Source of the DNA: an uncultured delta proteobacterium
GTDB taxonomy: Bacteria > Myxococcota_A > UBA9160 > UBA6930
Assembly (NCBI GenBank): GCA_963722885.1
Contig: CAVROS010000015.1
Span: 125,282 to 189,281 of the forward strand
DNA: 64,000 nucleotides
Direction of reading: 5' to 3'
Part shown: positions 1-9,986 of the stretch, in pieces
Numbering within the stretch: the first letter of the stretch is position 1
Layout: each line of letters starts with the position of its first letter
Notes under the pieces: generated by a model
The model's database searches: none
What the model was told of the DNA's origin: nothing
What the model saw: only the letters and a program-made list of their open reading frames with translations
Made by a program: the position numbers and the translations under genes

Positions 1-600
1 CAGCGGCATCGGAGCTTCTCCCTTGGCAATGAGCAGATCGACCTGGCCGGCAAGCGCGTCTTCACCCCTGTACCGATGACCTACCCCGGGCTCACGCCCG
101 TGCACGCAGAGGATCCCACCGTCATCGCCAAAGGCGTTGCGACGACTGGAACGATCCCGCGGCAGCTCTTGATCGGATGGGTGGAAGAGCAGGCGCTGGT
201 GGTCAACGTGGCGGGAAGAGGGCTGGTCCTGATCGTCGGCTGCGGGCATCAGACCGTGCCGAAGCTCGTCAGCCGAACGCAGGCGGTCTTTTCGAAGCCG
301 ATTCATGGCCTGGTCGGGGGATTGCACTACCCGATACCCAAGGGACGCGCGGTGGTGCTCGGTCTACCCCTCCAGAAGCTGATTGCGTCTGGCGATGGGC
401 CGCTGCGCCCCGTGACGCAGGAGGAAGTCTCGGCCAACGTCGACATGCTGCGACAGCTGGACCTCGATCTGGTCGGTCTCAGCGGACACGACAGCAGCGA
501 CGAGGTCATCCAGCAGTTTCGCGCCGCCTTCGGATCTGCTCACCGCGACGTACGCGTCGGTGAGCCCATCGTCGTGACCGACCCCGGACAGCCGGGGTGA
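1..600 (+). CDS. LigB/MEMO1-superfamily protein (class III extradiol dioxygenase-like), 5'-truncated at the window edge
   Basis: The frame is open from base 1. The G-hhhh-G-G-x-H motif (GRGLVLIVGCGHQ) resembles the conserved C-terminal block of LigB/DODA-type enzymes. Assignment is by motif recall only. Confidence 0.4.
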   Translation, partial: QRHRSFSLGNEQIDLAGKRVFTPVPMTYPGLTPVHAEDPTVIAKGVATTGTIPRQLLIGWVEEQALVVNVAGRGLVLIVGCGHQTVPKLVSRTQAVFSKPIHGLVGGLHYPIPKGRAVVLGLPLQKLIASGDGPLRPVTQEEVSANVDMLRQLDLDLVGLSGHDSSDEVIQQFRAAFGSAHRDVRVGEPIVVTDPGQPG

Positions 601-628
601 GCCGCTCACCGGGGTTCGGAAATTCCAG

Positions 629-1225
629 ATGAAGGTACTGATTGCCTACTACTCCAGGAGCGGCCACACGGATGTTCTCGCCCGACACCTCGCCGATGAG
701 CTGAGGCGCAGAGAGCATACCGTCGTACTGGATCGCCTCGAGGTGTTGGAGGAGAAGAGCAGATGGAATCTCCTCCTCAGGCAGATCTATCAGTACCCAG
801 TCGTACTCTTGTCCATGCTCCTGCCGCGGCTTCGTCGCTGGTGGCTGGCGCGCTACCCCCAGCCAGAAGACGATATTCGACCGCCGGCTCATCCAGACCT
901 GTCCGAGTTCGATCACGTCTGCATCGGTGGCCCCAAGTGGTGCTACATCTCCTATCCCGTGGCGAGGTATCTGAGGCAGGTAAAGGGGCTGCGAAGCAAG
1001 AAAGTGAGCGCCTTTGCGACCTTCGCCGGGCCACCGTTCGAGGTATTCGAGCTCGAGCTTCTCTTTCGCCCGTTGACCCACCGTGTCGAGGCGTCGGGTG
1101 GCGTTGTCATCGCCACACTGGGTCTCTCCAGCGGCTATCACGAGCTGGGCATCCTGCGCATCTTCGAGCTGCTGACCCGGCTCAGGCTGGCTCGCTCGCT
1201 GGAGTCGTTCTCCATTCGCCAGTGA
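629..1225 (+). CDS. flavodoxin-like fold protein (NAD(P)H-dependent FMN reductase / flavodoxin family)
   Basis: The N-terminus MKVLIAYYSRSGHT is the canonical flavodoxin-like FMN-binding start. The gene lies 28 nt after the previous gene on the same strand. Confidence 0.65.
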   Translation: MKVLIAYYSRSGHTDVLARHLADELRRREHTVVLDRLEVLEEKSRWNLLLRQIYQYPVVLLSMLLPRLRRWWLARYPQPEDDIRPPAHPDLSEFDHVCIGGPKWCYISYPVARYLRQVKGLRSKKVSAFATFAGPPFEVFELELLFRPLTHRVEASGGVVIATLGLSSGYHELGILRIFELLTRLRLARSLESFSIRQ

Positions 1226-1286
1226 GTATGGAAAGACAAAGATCAGGGAGTTCTGTGATGAGATCGGCCGATAGAGGGCTGACTGC

Positions 1287-2839
1287 TCAGAGGTCCTGGA
1301 TATAGAAGTGCCACCATTCGCCCTGTGCGCGGCGCCAGCTCTCGTTGTCCTCCCGCAGACGTGCTTCGACGGCTGCCAGTCTCTCCTCGATCGCCGGCTC
1401 CAGACGCTCGTCGTCCGGCTGACGGTCGAGCACCTGTTCCACTCGGGCGTGTGCCTTTTCGTACCACTCCTCATAGGAGCGATTCGTCCGACCGGTGTAG
1501 TCCGAGTAGTAGATGTCCCGCTTCATGTGCTCGAGCGTATGGTCGCTGCCCAGGAAGTCGGGAGAAGGATGGCCGTGCTCCTTGAGGACGTCGAGAGCCA
1601 GGCCGCTCCGCTCGGTGTCGATGCCGCGGGTGATGCTCCTGATCTGGCCGATCAACTCGTCCATCAGGACGAGGTGCTCGTAGCTGACCATCAAGGTGGA
1701 ATCGAGCAGCCCCGTGGTGATGAGATTCCCGCCGGCCGCAAGGCCCATGTACAGCCCCAGCGTCATCTCCACTGCGGCTCTGCACTCCGGGCTCGCGGGC
1801 GCTGGTGTTGCCCGGAGCGATGCGGGAAGGCATCCCGTAGTGATCCGCCATCTGGACCGCGGCGGCGTTGATCAGCGCGGCTTCGAAGTTCCCCTGTGAT
1901 ATCTCCGCCGTGCGGAGATCCATGGGAGCGGTGACACAGCCGTAGATGACCGGTGTGCCCGGCTGCACCAGCTGTGCGAGGACGGTGCCGGCGAGAATCT
2001 CCGCGTTCTGCTGCACCAGTGACCCTGCAACGGTGACGGGGCCCGTCGCACCCATCATGACTTCCGGCGAGATCATCGCCCAGCGGGAAGCCGCGGAGCT
2101 CCTGGCCACGGCCATGATCCCGTTGGTCTCCTCGGCGGAGTATTGAAGGGGGCTCTTGGGATTGCACCACACGAATGGAATGAAGCATCTCTCGAGCAGG
2201 CGTTCTCCATCGGGACGCCCCTGCAACACCACGATACTCAGTCCTTCGAGAAGCAGCTCCTGACCGGTCCGACTGAGCAGGCGCATCGAGAGCGTGTCCG
2301 GGCTCCGACCGGTCAAGCGCAACGCACGCTGCCTGTCCCGCACCCGGCGCCGCAGAAACGCTGCCGCGGAATCGGCGCTGCTGAAATCCGGCGTGATTCT
2401 CTTGCCCACCCGTTCGGAATGAAAGACGAGATTGCAGCAGTCGTACTTCACGTTCTGCAGGCTGTCGAGAACCAGGCACTTGTCGTCCTCGTCCTGCTCG
2501 ACGCAGTCCCGATGAGAGCCCCTCTGGTAATCGTAGATGTAGAATGAATTGCCGATCAGTCCGACGTGCGCTCTCGCCCTTCTTCAGGCTCATCGGCTCG
2601 GTCACAGCGAGAGGAGCGTAGTCGAAGCTCAACTGGTTGCGGTCGGGCACGAGGCCAAGAGCCTCCTCGACCAGACGCCTGGGGTAGCGCGCGCGGAAGC
2701 CATCGACCTCGCAGCCGTGCTCGCGGAGTGTCTCTGCCGCCTCGGGACTCTCGTGGAACGTCACGCCGTTGGTCTCGAGGATTTCCAGCGATGCATCGTG
2801 GATCCGGTGCAGGTCTTGCTCGGTCAGCACTTCCAACAT
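1287..2839 (-). pseudogene. MttB-family (trimethylamine/glycine-betaine:corrinoid) methyltransferase, disrupted by at least 2 frameshifts
   Basis: Three consecutive minus-strand ORFs in different frames carry the N-terminal (1763..2839), middle (1471..2451; GATGPVTVAGSLVQQNAEILAG...APMDLRT) and C-terminal (1287..1772; SYEHLVLMDELIG) blocks of the MttB family. A 1-nt shift lies near 1800. The position equivalent to pyrrolysine is Arg and there is no in-frame TAG, so this is the non-Pyl type. Confidence 0.6.
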
Positions 2840-2997
2840 CAGCTACCCCCTTTGAAACGGAGAGATCGAGGTCACCTGCCCTCGCCGTAGTGGCCTTTCC
2901 ACGCTTGGACTAGAATGTCCACCGGATGGTAGCGATCGCGCTACCGGGCAGCTGCCCGTGTGGCGGCGTCGCCTGCGAGATCGAGGAGGTGAGCACC

Positions 2998-4345
2998 ATG
3001 GAGATGCAGGAAGTCATCGACAACATGTTCCTCCCGCTTCCCAGCGTCCCTCCGATCTTCATCACGAAGACCGAGGGAGTGTATCTTCACACCAGCTCCG
3101 GGCACAGGATCATCGACGCTTCGGGCGGACCCATGGCCGTCAGCATCGGATACGGTCGTCCGGAGATTGCCGAGGCGGCGGCTCGGGTGCTCCGAGAGGT
3201 CTCCTACGTGCTTCCCATCTTCGCCTCCGAAGCCAGGATCGAGCTGGTGAAACGGATCAAGAAGGTGCTGCCCGAAGAGCTGCGCAACGTCTACTTCTGC
3301 TCGGGCGGGTCGGAGGCGAACGAGGCGGCCATCAAGCTCGCCCGCCAGTACCAGGTGCTCGCCGGGCGGGAATCCAGATACAAGGTCATCTCCCGGAATC
3401 TCAGCTACCACGGCATGACCTTCCTGACCCTGTCGATCGGCGATGTGAAGATGAGACAGAGGGATTTCCTTCCCATGCTGTGGGAGAACCCTCGAGTCGA
3501 AGCCTGTTACTGCTATCGATGTCCCTTCGGAAAGGAGTATCCGGGCTGCGACATCGATTGCGCGCTGCAGCTGGAAGAACGGATCCTCGCCGAGGGCCCC
3601 GACACGGTGGTCGCATTCGTCGCCGAGCCGATCGTCGCCGCCGCCGGCGGGGCGCTGGTGCCTCCTCCCGAGTACTTCCCGATCGTCCGCGAGACCTGCG
3701 ACAAGTACGACGTCGTCTTCATCGCCGACGAAGTGGTGACCGGCTTCGGGCGGACGGGGCGGAACATGGGGATGGACCACTTCGGGGTCGTTCCCGACAT
3801 CGCCACCTTCGCCAAGGGCGTCAGCAGCGCCTACGCCCCTCTGGCGGGAATGGCGGTCAGCAACGAGCTCGTCGCGCTGTTCCAGGAGCGGGAGGCCGAG
3901 TTTCAACACCTCTACACGTTCTCGGGACATCCGCTCGCCTGCGCCATTGGCGCCGAGGTGATGCGGATCATCGAAGACGAGAACATGATCGCGCGGGCGG
4001 AGCAGACGGGGAAGTACCTGCAGGAGAGACTGCTCCAGCTGATGGATCTGCCGATGATCGGCGACATCCGGGGCAAGGGGATGCTCTGGGCGATCGAGTT
4101 CGTCGAGGACAAGGACACCAAGGCCCCGTTTCCGAAGGAGAAGAACGTCAAGATGGACACCATCGTCCAGTGCCTGCTTGAAGGGCGTCTTCTTGTATCC
4201 GGGGTACTACGAAGACGAGCAGGGGCGTGGCGACCAACTGATGATCGCGCCGCCGTTCATCATCACCGAGGAGCAGATCGACGAGTGTCTCGAGATCCTC
4301 CGCGGGGTCCTGACCGACTCGTATGACAGGTGGTGCGCCGCCTGA
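2998..4345 (+). CDS. class III (omega-type) aminotransferase, PLP-dependent; 1-nt frameshift near 4185 affects the last ~50 codons
   Basis: Class III aminotransferase blocks are present (SGGSEANEAAIKLAR, FIADEVVTGFGRTG, FAKG). A GAGGAGG RBS lies 8 nt upstream of the ATG at 2998. After 'gaagggcgtc' the conserved C-terminus (FLYPGYYEDEQGRGDQLMIAPPFIITEEQIDECL...) continues in the +1 frame and ends with TGA at 4343-4345. Confidence 0.8.
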
Positions 4346-4433
4346 CCTCCAGGCACGCCGATCCTGCTTCTGGTGGGCGGTGCTCATCTGCTCTGGCTCC
4401 GCATCGACCATGCGATCTCGGTAGAGCAAGCGA

Positions 4434-5724
4434 GTGATGCGGGATAGGACAGGGGATCTGGTGCCGAGAGACGGGAAGATCTTCTACGGCTGGTGGATCG
4501 CTGCAACCTTCTTCGTCACCCTGTTCATGGCCGCATCCATTGGAGCCACGCATTCGGTCTTCTTCAAGTCCATCGTCGGAGAGTTCGGCTGGAGCCGCAC
4601 GTCGTTCTCGACCGTGCTGTCGGTCAACGCGGTGATCGGCGCGCTGCTGGCGCCGCTCTGGGGACGGTTGGTCGATCGGCATGGTCCGCGCGGTGTCGTG
4701 CCGGCGGGGGCGGCGATCGTGGGCCTGAGCATGGTGCTGCTCAGCAACATGCGAAGCATGCTGGAGGCCTACCTGCTCTACATTCTGCTGGCGTTCGGAG
4801 CCGGCGGACAGTCACTCGTCCCCATCAGCACCGCGCTCTCCCAGTGGTTCAAGCGCCGCAGGGGCCTGGCGATCGGAATCACCCTGGTGGGAGCTGGCGT
4901 GGGCGGCGTTGCACTGGCTCCCATGGCCAGCGTTCTGGATGGCGAGTTCGGTTGGCGCACCGGCTACCTGGTCTTCGGTATCGCGATATGGGTCGCCCTG
5001 ATCCCGCTGTTGCTCCTCGTCCTCCGACGCCGGCCCGAGGACATCGGCCTGCTGCCGGATGGGGATGAGCGACCGAGTGCGGCGGCGGATGCCGAGGAGC
5101 CGGCGGAAGCGCCGCCCGAGGCCGCCGGCCTGAGCCTGGGAGAGGCGGTACGGACGCCGGCCTTCTGGCTCCTCGCGCTCGGCTTCATGCTGCCGATGTT
5201 CGCGGGGAGGGCGATCATGATCCATCTCGTGCCCGTCATCACCGACGCGGGCATCTCACCGCAGAAAGCGGCGACGGCCTATGGCATGACCGTCGGGCCT
5301 GAGCATCGTCGGGCGGTTCGGCTTCGGATATGCCGCCGACAAGTTCAGCAAGCGGCACATCTTCGCGCTCTGCTACCTGATCCAGGCGGTGGGAATCTGC
5401 TTTCTGATCGGGCTCGAAAGCATGGGGCCGATCGTGCTGGTGGGATTCATCGTCGTCTTCGGGTGCAGCTATGGCGGCGGATTGTCGCTGGCTCCCCTGC
5501 TGATCGCCGAGAACTTCGGCATCGCGTCGATGGGGGTGATCTTCGGCGCACTGGGCATCGTGGCCATGGTAGGGGGGGCGCTCGGGCCGATCTTCGCCGG
5601 GGGCGTCTACGACGCCATGCAGAGCTACCACATGGCGTTCATCGTCTTTCTGGCCGTCCAACTCGTCGCCTCGATCGCAATCCTGAATTGTCGGCCGGCG
5701 GTGGCAACGAGTCCGGGCGACTGA
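4434..5724 (+). CDS. MFS transporter (oxalate/formate antiporter-like); 1-nt frameshift near 5298
   Basis: There are twelve hydrophobic segments. The N-terminal ~285 aa are in ORF 4434..5852 and the C-terminal half is in ORF 5389..5724. The join 'gtcgggcctgagc' reads ...GMTVG|LSIVGRFGFGYAADKFSKRHIF... if one C is removed. Confidence 0.75.
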
Positions 5725-5732
5725 GTGCGCCG

Positions 5733-6236
5733 TCAAGTATACCTGCGGACGAGGAAGAGGATCGTTCCCACCAGACACCAGAGCACCGCGGCATAGAAGA
5801 ACACCAGCTTGATGACCGCGGCCGTGCTCATGATCGGGACGAGAATGGGTGAATAGGTGTCGACGCGCAGGGAAATGATCGCCTGAATCCCGGTTTCGAC
5901 GATGTCGGCCAGCCAGGCGGGAAAGATGCACAGCGACAAGAGGATCCCGAGCTTGCGAGTCTTCTCGAAGGAGCGCCTTGCCACCAGTGTGCCCCAGGCA
6001 AATCCCACTGCAGCATATGCGGGCATGAACGGGAAGAGGTCGATGTATGCGCACATCAGCGATGCGTGGATGCCGCCATCGATGGCCTTCCACGCAGCCA
6101 GGATCGTCTGGTTCGCCTGATAGGTGAACACCGTCTGCTGGTCGACGATCGAGTAGCCGCTCGGGGCGAGGATCGCAAAGTACGGAAGGAAGAGGATGTA
6201 GGAGACGATCAGGAGGAGGATTCCCCCCGCCAGCAC
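5733..6236 (-). CDS. small polytopic membrane protein (4-5 TM), unknown family; possible flippase/accessory subunit of the adjacent glycosylation locus
   Basis: A 167-aa strongly hydrophobic ORF with a GTG start lies directly downstream of, and co-oriented with, the GT-C gene. Confidence 0.5.
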   Translation of the reverse strand: MLAGGILLLIVSYILFLPYFAILAPSGYSIVDQQTVFTYQANQTILAAWKAIDGGIHASLMCAYIDLFPFMPAYAAVGFAWGTLVARRSFEKTRKLGILLSLCIFPAWLADIVETGIQAIISLRVDTYSPILVPIMSTAAVIKLVFFYAAVLWCLVGTILFLVRRYT

Positions 6237-6380
6237 CAGGAGCAGCCATCTGTCTTCCGGCTTCGTCTCCAGTTGTCGAAGAATATGGGTGAGTTCCCAT
6301 GATGTCTCCTTGCGGTGCTTCCTCGGTGGGCAAGATTCGCTGATTTTGCTCCGAAAGGCTTCGATAGAAGTCGGGTGCGG

Positions 6381-8348
6381 TCAGTCTTCGTCCAACAAGT
6401 CCAGCGCGAAGCGCGCCTGCCAGAGGATCTGCGGGTCGTCGGTCACCCACGCGGCGGTCTCGAAGTCGCGGAACTCGAGATGCTTCTCGCGGGCGACCAT
6501 GTGGTTCCAGGGGTGGATGTCCCAGTAGACGGCGAGCGAGTGGATCAGGATGCTGAGGACGACCGTCGTGGCGAAAACGGTACGCCAGAGAGGGCGGCTC
6601 CGGATGCGGTCGATGGCGAATCCTCCGCAGAGAGCCAGGTAGGGCAGGGCGTCGGCCGAGTAGCGGGAGCCATAGGAGAGGACGGCGTGCCAGGCTCGCC
6701 AGGACGCGGTGAGGAGGAGGTCGCCCGTCAGACCGACCACGAGCGCCAGGGCCAGCATCCGGTAGCGGTGTTCCTGCTGCCGCAGCCCGACGCCCGCGCC
6801 GTAGATGCAGAAGAGCAGGAAGGGGGAGAAGATCAGCATGCCGCGGTTCGGGCTGACGAGCAGGCCGAGCAAGGCTCTGGGAAGCCCTGCGAGATCCCAA
6901 CCGCCTCCGAGGATCTTCTCGTAGCCTCCGAAGCCAGGGGTGCCGAAGTAGTGCATGTTGTAACCGAACAGGAAGAGAGCCGGTAGCAGTCCACCCAGCG
7001 CGTACCAGGCCCAGATCCAGATGCCGTTGCGATAGGCGATCCAGAGCAGGAGGGGGAGAGCCAGCGCGAGCGACTGCGGGCGTGCCGCGACCATCAGGCC
7101 GATCAGAAACCCGGCGAGGAGATGCCATGCCGGGCGGCGGGGTTCGCCGACGACGATGTAGAGAACTGCGGCCAGAGAGAACTGGGCCGGACCGTGTGCC
7201 CAGGTGTCCTGCGCGCTGATGTGGAAGGCGGCCGTACCCAGCGCGTAGGCGATCGTCATCCACGTCGCCCCGCGCCGCGAAGCGAAGCGCCGCAGGCAGA
7301 GGAAGATGAACACGGCGGACGCGGCCGTCAGCGTCGATGCCGTCAGCTTGGCCAGCATGTCGACACCCAGCGAGGGTACCTCGACTCCGAGCGCGACGGG
7401 CAGTGCGAAGAACGGGATGCAGAAGAGGGCGGTGCCGGGAGGCCACCGCGGGACCCAGTGTTCGTTCACCTGCATCAGGCCGATCCGGCGGTCGCTCTTC
7501 TTGTAGGTGTGAAGGTACTCGTCCACGTTCATGTCTCCACGGCGGAGCAGGCTGATGGCCATCTGCGGGGCCGGAATGCCGTCGATCATGCCGACCCGCG
7601 CCGAGTTGGAGTTGTAGACCAGCCAGATCAGCAGGAAGAGTACGACCGCACGCCGCGCGTCCAGGAAGCGAACCCGGGTGGCCTCGTCCAGCTCATCCCA
7701 GCGTTCGGCCCTCAGGTTTCGCCAACCGCACCAGACGCCTGCGACGAGCATGTAGATCAGCACCAGGCTCGCCATCGACCATTGTCCGAAGAGCACCTTG
7801 TCCGGCGAGATCAGGTTCCGGACGCAGAGGCCCGCAGCGATGGCCGCGACCGGGGCGACCGTCCAGCTCCACTGGCGGCGAGTCCAGACCGGGACGCGCA
7901 GCCGCCTCGTCACCAGCCAGCGGAGTGCGAGGAGCAGCCCCACCCCGACGGCGAGGGCGCCCGCCATTCCCAACAGGCTGCGCGCCTCGCGCAGGTAGGG
8001 GCGGCGGACGCGAAGGACGCTCAGAGTCGGGTACCAGCCGTGGAAGGTGACGTGGTTGCGGATCCGCAGGCGCGTGAAGACCCGGGGGATCGGGGCGGTG
8101 AGCTCGAAGGTGTTGTCGCCGGGACCCAGGTCGGCGAAGGCGACGGACAGTCGCAGTCTCTCCTTCGTCGACAGGTTGTCCGCGATCACCCTGCCGTTCA
8201 ACGAGACGGAGAGGTCGCGGACGGATTCGCGGACGGCCCACTCCGAAAAGTCGACTCTGAGGAGCCACTCGCTCCGACTGACCAGCATCTCCTCGGGTAC
8301 GGTCACCCGCAGACCGTTCTCGGTCGGATCGACGCGCATGCTCTCCAA
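6381..8348 (-). CDS. large polytopic membrane protein, putative GT-C-fold glycosyltransferase (ArnT/PMT-like, family unassigned)
   Basis: A 655-aa protein with a ~125-aa soluble N-terminal domain followed by more than 10 TM helices and loop motifs. Its context is ArnA-like and ArnC-like genes. No exact family signature was recognised. Confidence 0.5.
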   Translation of the reverse strand: MESMRVDPTENGLRVTVPEEMLVSRSEWLLRVDFSEWAVRESVRDLSVSLNGRVIADNLSTKERLRLSVAFADLGPGDNTFELTAPIPRVFTRLRIRNHVTFHGWYPTLSVLRVRRPYLREARSLLGMAGALAVGVGLLLALRWLVTRRLRVPVWTRRQWSWTVAPVAAIAAGLCVRNLISPDKVLFGQWSMASLVLIYMLVAGVWCGWRNLRAERWDELDEATRVRFLDARRAVVLFLLIWLVYNSNSARVGMIDGIPAPQMAISLLRRGDMNVDEYLHTYKKSDRRIGLMQVNEHWVPRWPPGTALFCIPFFALPVALGVEVPSLGVDMLAKLTASTLTAASAVFIFLCLRRFASRRGATWMTIAYALGTAAFHISAQDTWAHGPAQFSLAAVLYIVVGEPRRPAWHLLAGFLIGLMVAARPQSLALALPLLLWIAYRNGIWIWAWYALGGLLPALFLFGYNMHYFGTPGFGGYEKILGGGWDLAGLPRALLGLLVSPNRGMLIFSPFLLFCIYGAGVGLRQQEHRYRMLALALVVGLTGDLLLTASWRAWHAVLSYGSRYSADALPYLALCGGFAIDRIRSRPLWRTVFATTVVLSILIHSLAVYWDIHPWNHMVAREKHLEFRDFETAAWVTDDPQILWQARFALDLLDED

Positions 8349-9727
8349 GAGGGGGTCGTCGGCGTGGTAGCGCGGGTCGAGCTCGTTCTTGGTGACGTAC
8401 AGCTCGATTTCGCCGGCCGCCTGAGGATGTTTGACCAGGACGTTCCAGGAAGGCGCCCGCTGCAGGTCGAGGGTGCCGAAGAGCCACCACGCCGCGAATG
8501 CGGCGGGCAGGACGAGGAGGGCGATCCGGCCGGGCGGACGGCGCGCCGGCGGAGGTCTTGCCGTCGGCGTTCGTCATCACGGAGGAGGGACCTGCGCGCC
8601 GGGCGCGTCGGCCGGTCCGGCAGCATGTCGTGTTCGACCAGGAGGGCGAACAGTGCGTCGGCGACGATACGCAGGCCCCTGGGATTCAGGTGGCCCTGGT
8701 CCAGGAAATCCTTCGTGCGCACACCGGCCTGGTAGAGCGCGTCGCACAGTGAGAGCATCGGTACGTCCAGTTGCTCGGCCACCTCGGCCATGGCCTTCTG
8801 ATGCTCATCGGGCTTGAACCGTCCCTCGCGCTTTCGGGCGGTGCGGATCTGATCGCGGAAGCAGCCCTGAATCAAGACGACGCGGGCACCGCGGCCCGGG
8901 CTGATCTGGTTGGCCCGCGCCAGCTCGACCATCTCCCGCAGTCGGGCCTGGTAGCCGGCCACCGGCATCCGCTGCAGAGGTGCTCTTGTCTCCTGTCGCT
9001 CTTCGTCCACGCTGTCGTGTGCCCTCCGACGCAGCGTGTAGCTCAGCACTCGATAGGTGGCGCTGAAGTCCAACAGGTGTTCCCGGGCGAAGAGCCGGGC
9101 GTGCTCCGCGTCGGTCATGCCGTCCCAGACGACCGAGTCGTTCCACCCGAACCAGATCGTCACCACGTCGGGCCGGTACTTGAGCCCGCGCCGCTTCAGC
9201 ATCTCGAGCCCCTGATGGGCCGAGTAGCCCGAGCACGCCGCATTCATCACATGGATCTCCCGCCCCGGCCGCGCCTCGCGCAGGAGCTCGGCGAGCAGCG
9301 TCGGATAGGCCTCGTCGTAGCGGACGCCCCAGCCAAAGGTATTCGAGTCGCCCAGGCTGAGCACGCGGAAGTCGTTCGGCCCGCGCTCGACGGGGACCTC
9401 GGGATTGCGCATCCGGTCGCCGTTGGCGATGAAGCCGGTCATCTTGCCCTGATCCAGAGGCGCGGTGGTGTTGGCCTTCAGCTGCCAGAACAGCCACGGG
9501 TCCTTCTCGACGATGTCGGGAAAATTGACCATGCCGAACCGGATCGGCACCTCTTCCGCCTGGGCCTCGAGGCGATGCGGGACGATCGTGGACCAGATGA
9601 CCGCGCAGATCACTTCGATGGCCGAGAGACCCAGCAGCACGGCCACGGCGGCATACAGCACCGTCTTGCCGCGCGAGAACTGGATCTCCTCTGGCGGGGA
9701 GGCCGGTATCGGCGCTCCAGGGGTCAT
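8303..9727 (-). CDS. SGNH/GDSL hydrolase-family protein with N-terminal TM anchor; 3' ~100 codons of the ORF look non-coding (possible lost stop or frameshift)
   Basis: The GDS block is LSLGDSNTFGWG, with GWND and DGHLNPRG blocks downstream. A TM segment occupies aa 22-48. The tail after ...LVEHDML is low-complexity R/S/P-rich and overlaps the next gene. Confidence 0.7.
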   Translation of the reverse strand: MTPGAPIPASPPEEIQFSRGKTVLYAAVAVLLGLSAIEVICAVIWSTIVPHRLEAQAEEVPIRFGMVNFPDIVEKDPWLFWQLKANTTAPLDQGKMTGFIANGDRMRNPEVPVERGPNDFRVLSLGDSNTFGWGVRYDEAYPTLLAELLREARPGREIHVMNAACSGYSAHQGLEMLKRRGLKYRPDVVTIWFGWNDSVVWDGMTDAEHARLFAREHLLDFSATYRVLSYTLRRRAHDSVDEERQETRAPLQRMPVAGYQARLREMVELARANQISPGRGARVVLIQGCFRDQIRTARKREGRFKPDEHQKAMAEVAEQLDVPMLSLCDALYQAGVRTKDFLDQGHLNPRGLRIVADALFALLVEHDMLPDRPTRPARRSLLRDDERRRQDLRRRAVRPAGSPSSSCPPHSRRGGSSAPSTCSGRLPGTSWSNILRRPAKSSCTSPRTSSTRATTPTTPSWRACASIRPRTVCG

Positions 9728-9986
9728 CGTGGATACCTCGACACGTGGTGGCAGAGGAGTCTAGCCGGCTTTCCCACCGGCTCGCGTGGCGAGGGCTGGC
9801 GCCGAGCGCGGCCGGGCCGGCGTCCTCTTGGCCGGCTGGGGATATCCTGCTACACCCGCGAGCATTCTGGAGCGGTGTCCGGCGTGGTACAGCCTCCCCC
9901 GGGGGGCGAGATCTCGCAACCGCTTTCCAATCGCTTCGGGAGCCGGTGCATCGGCGCGGTGCACGCAGACTGAGGGGTATACGGAC

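Noticed and set aside
1287-2839. Possibility that the MttB interruptions reflect an in-frame amber (pyrrolysine) codon
   Set aside because: The breaks are frame changes, not in-frame TAG codons. The residue aligned to the Pyl position is Arg, so this is a non-Pyl homologue.
5239-7446. 735-aa minus-strand ORF, one of many very long ORFs (also 7122..8735 +, 8805..11390 -, 11803..13560 -, 15245..16411 +, 19098..21644 +, 48582..50504 -)
   Set aside because: Their translations are dominated by R/G/P/A runs with no conserved motifs. They lie antisense or out of frame to genes that carry clear family signatures. They are typical shadow ORFs of high-GC DNA.
8350-8640. Possible additional gene between the SGNH hydrolase core and the GT-C gene
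   Set aside because: All three minus-strand frames and the plus-strand frames give low-complexity R/S/P-rich translations. This is more likely non-coding or the result of a lost stop codon.
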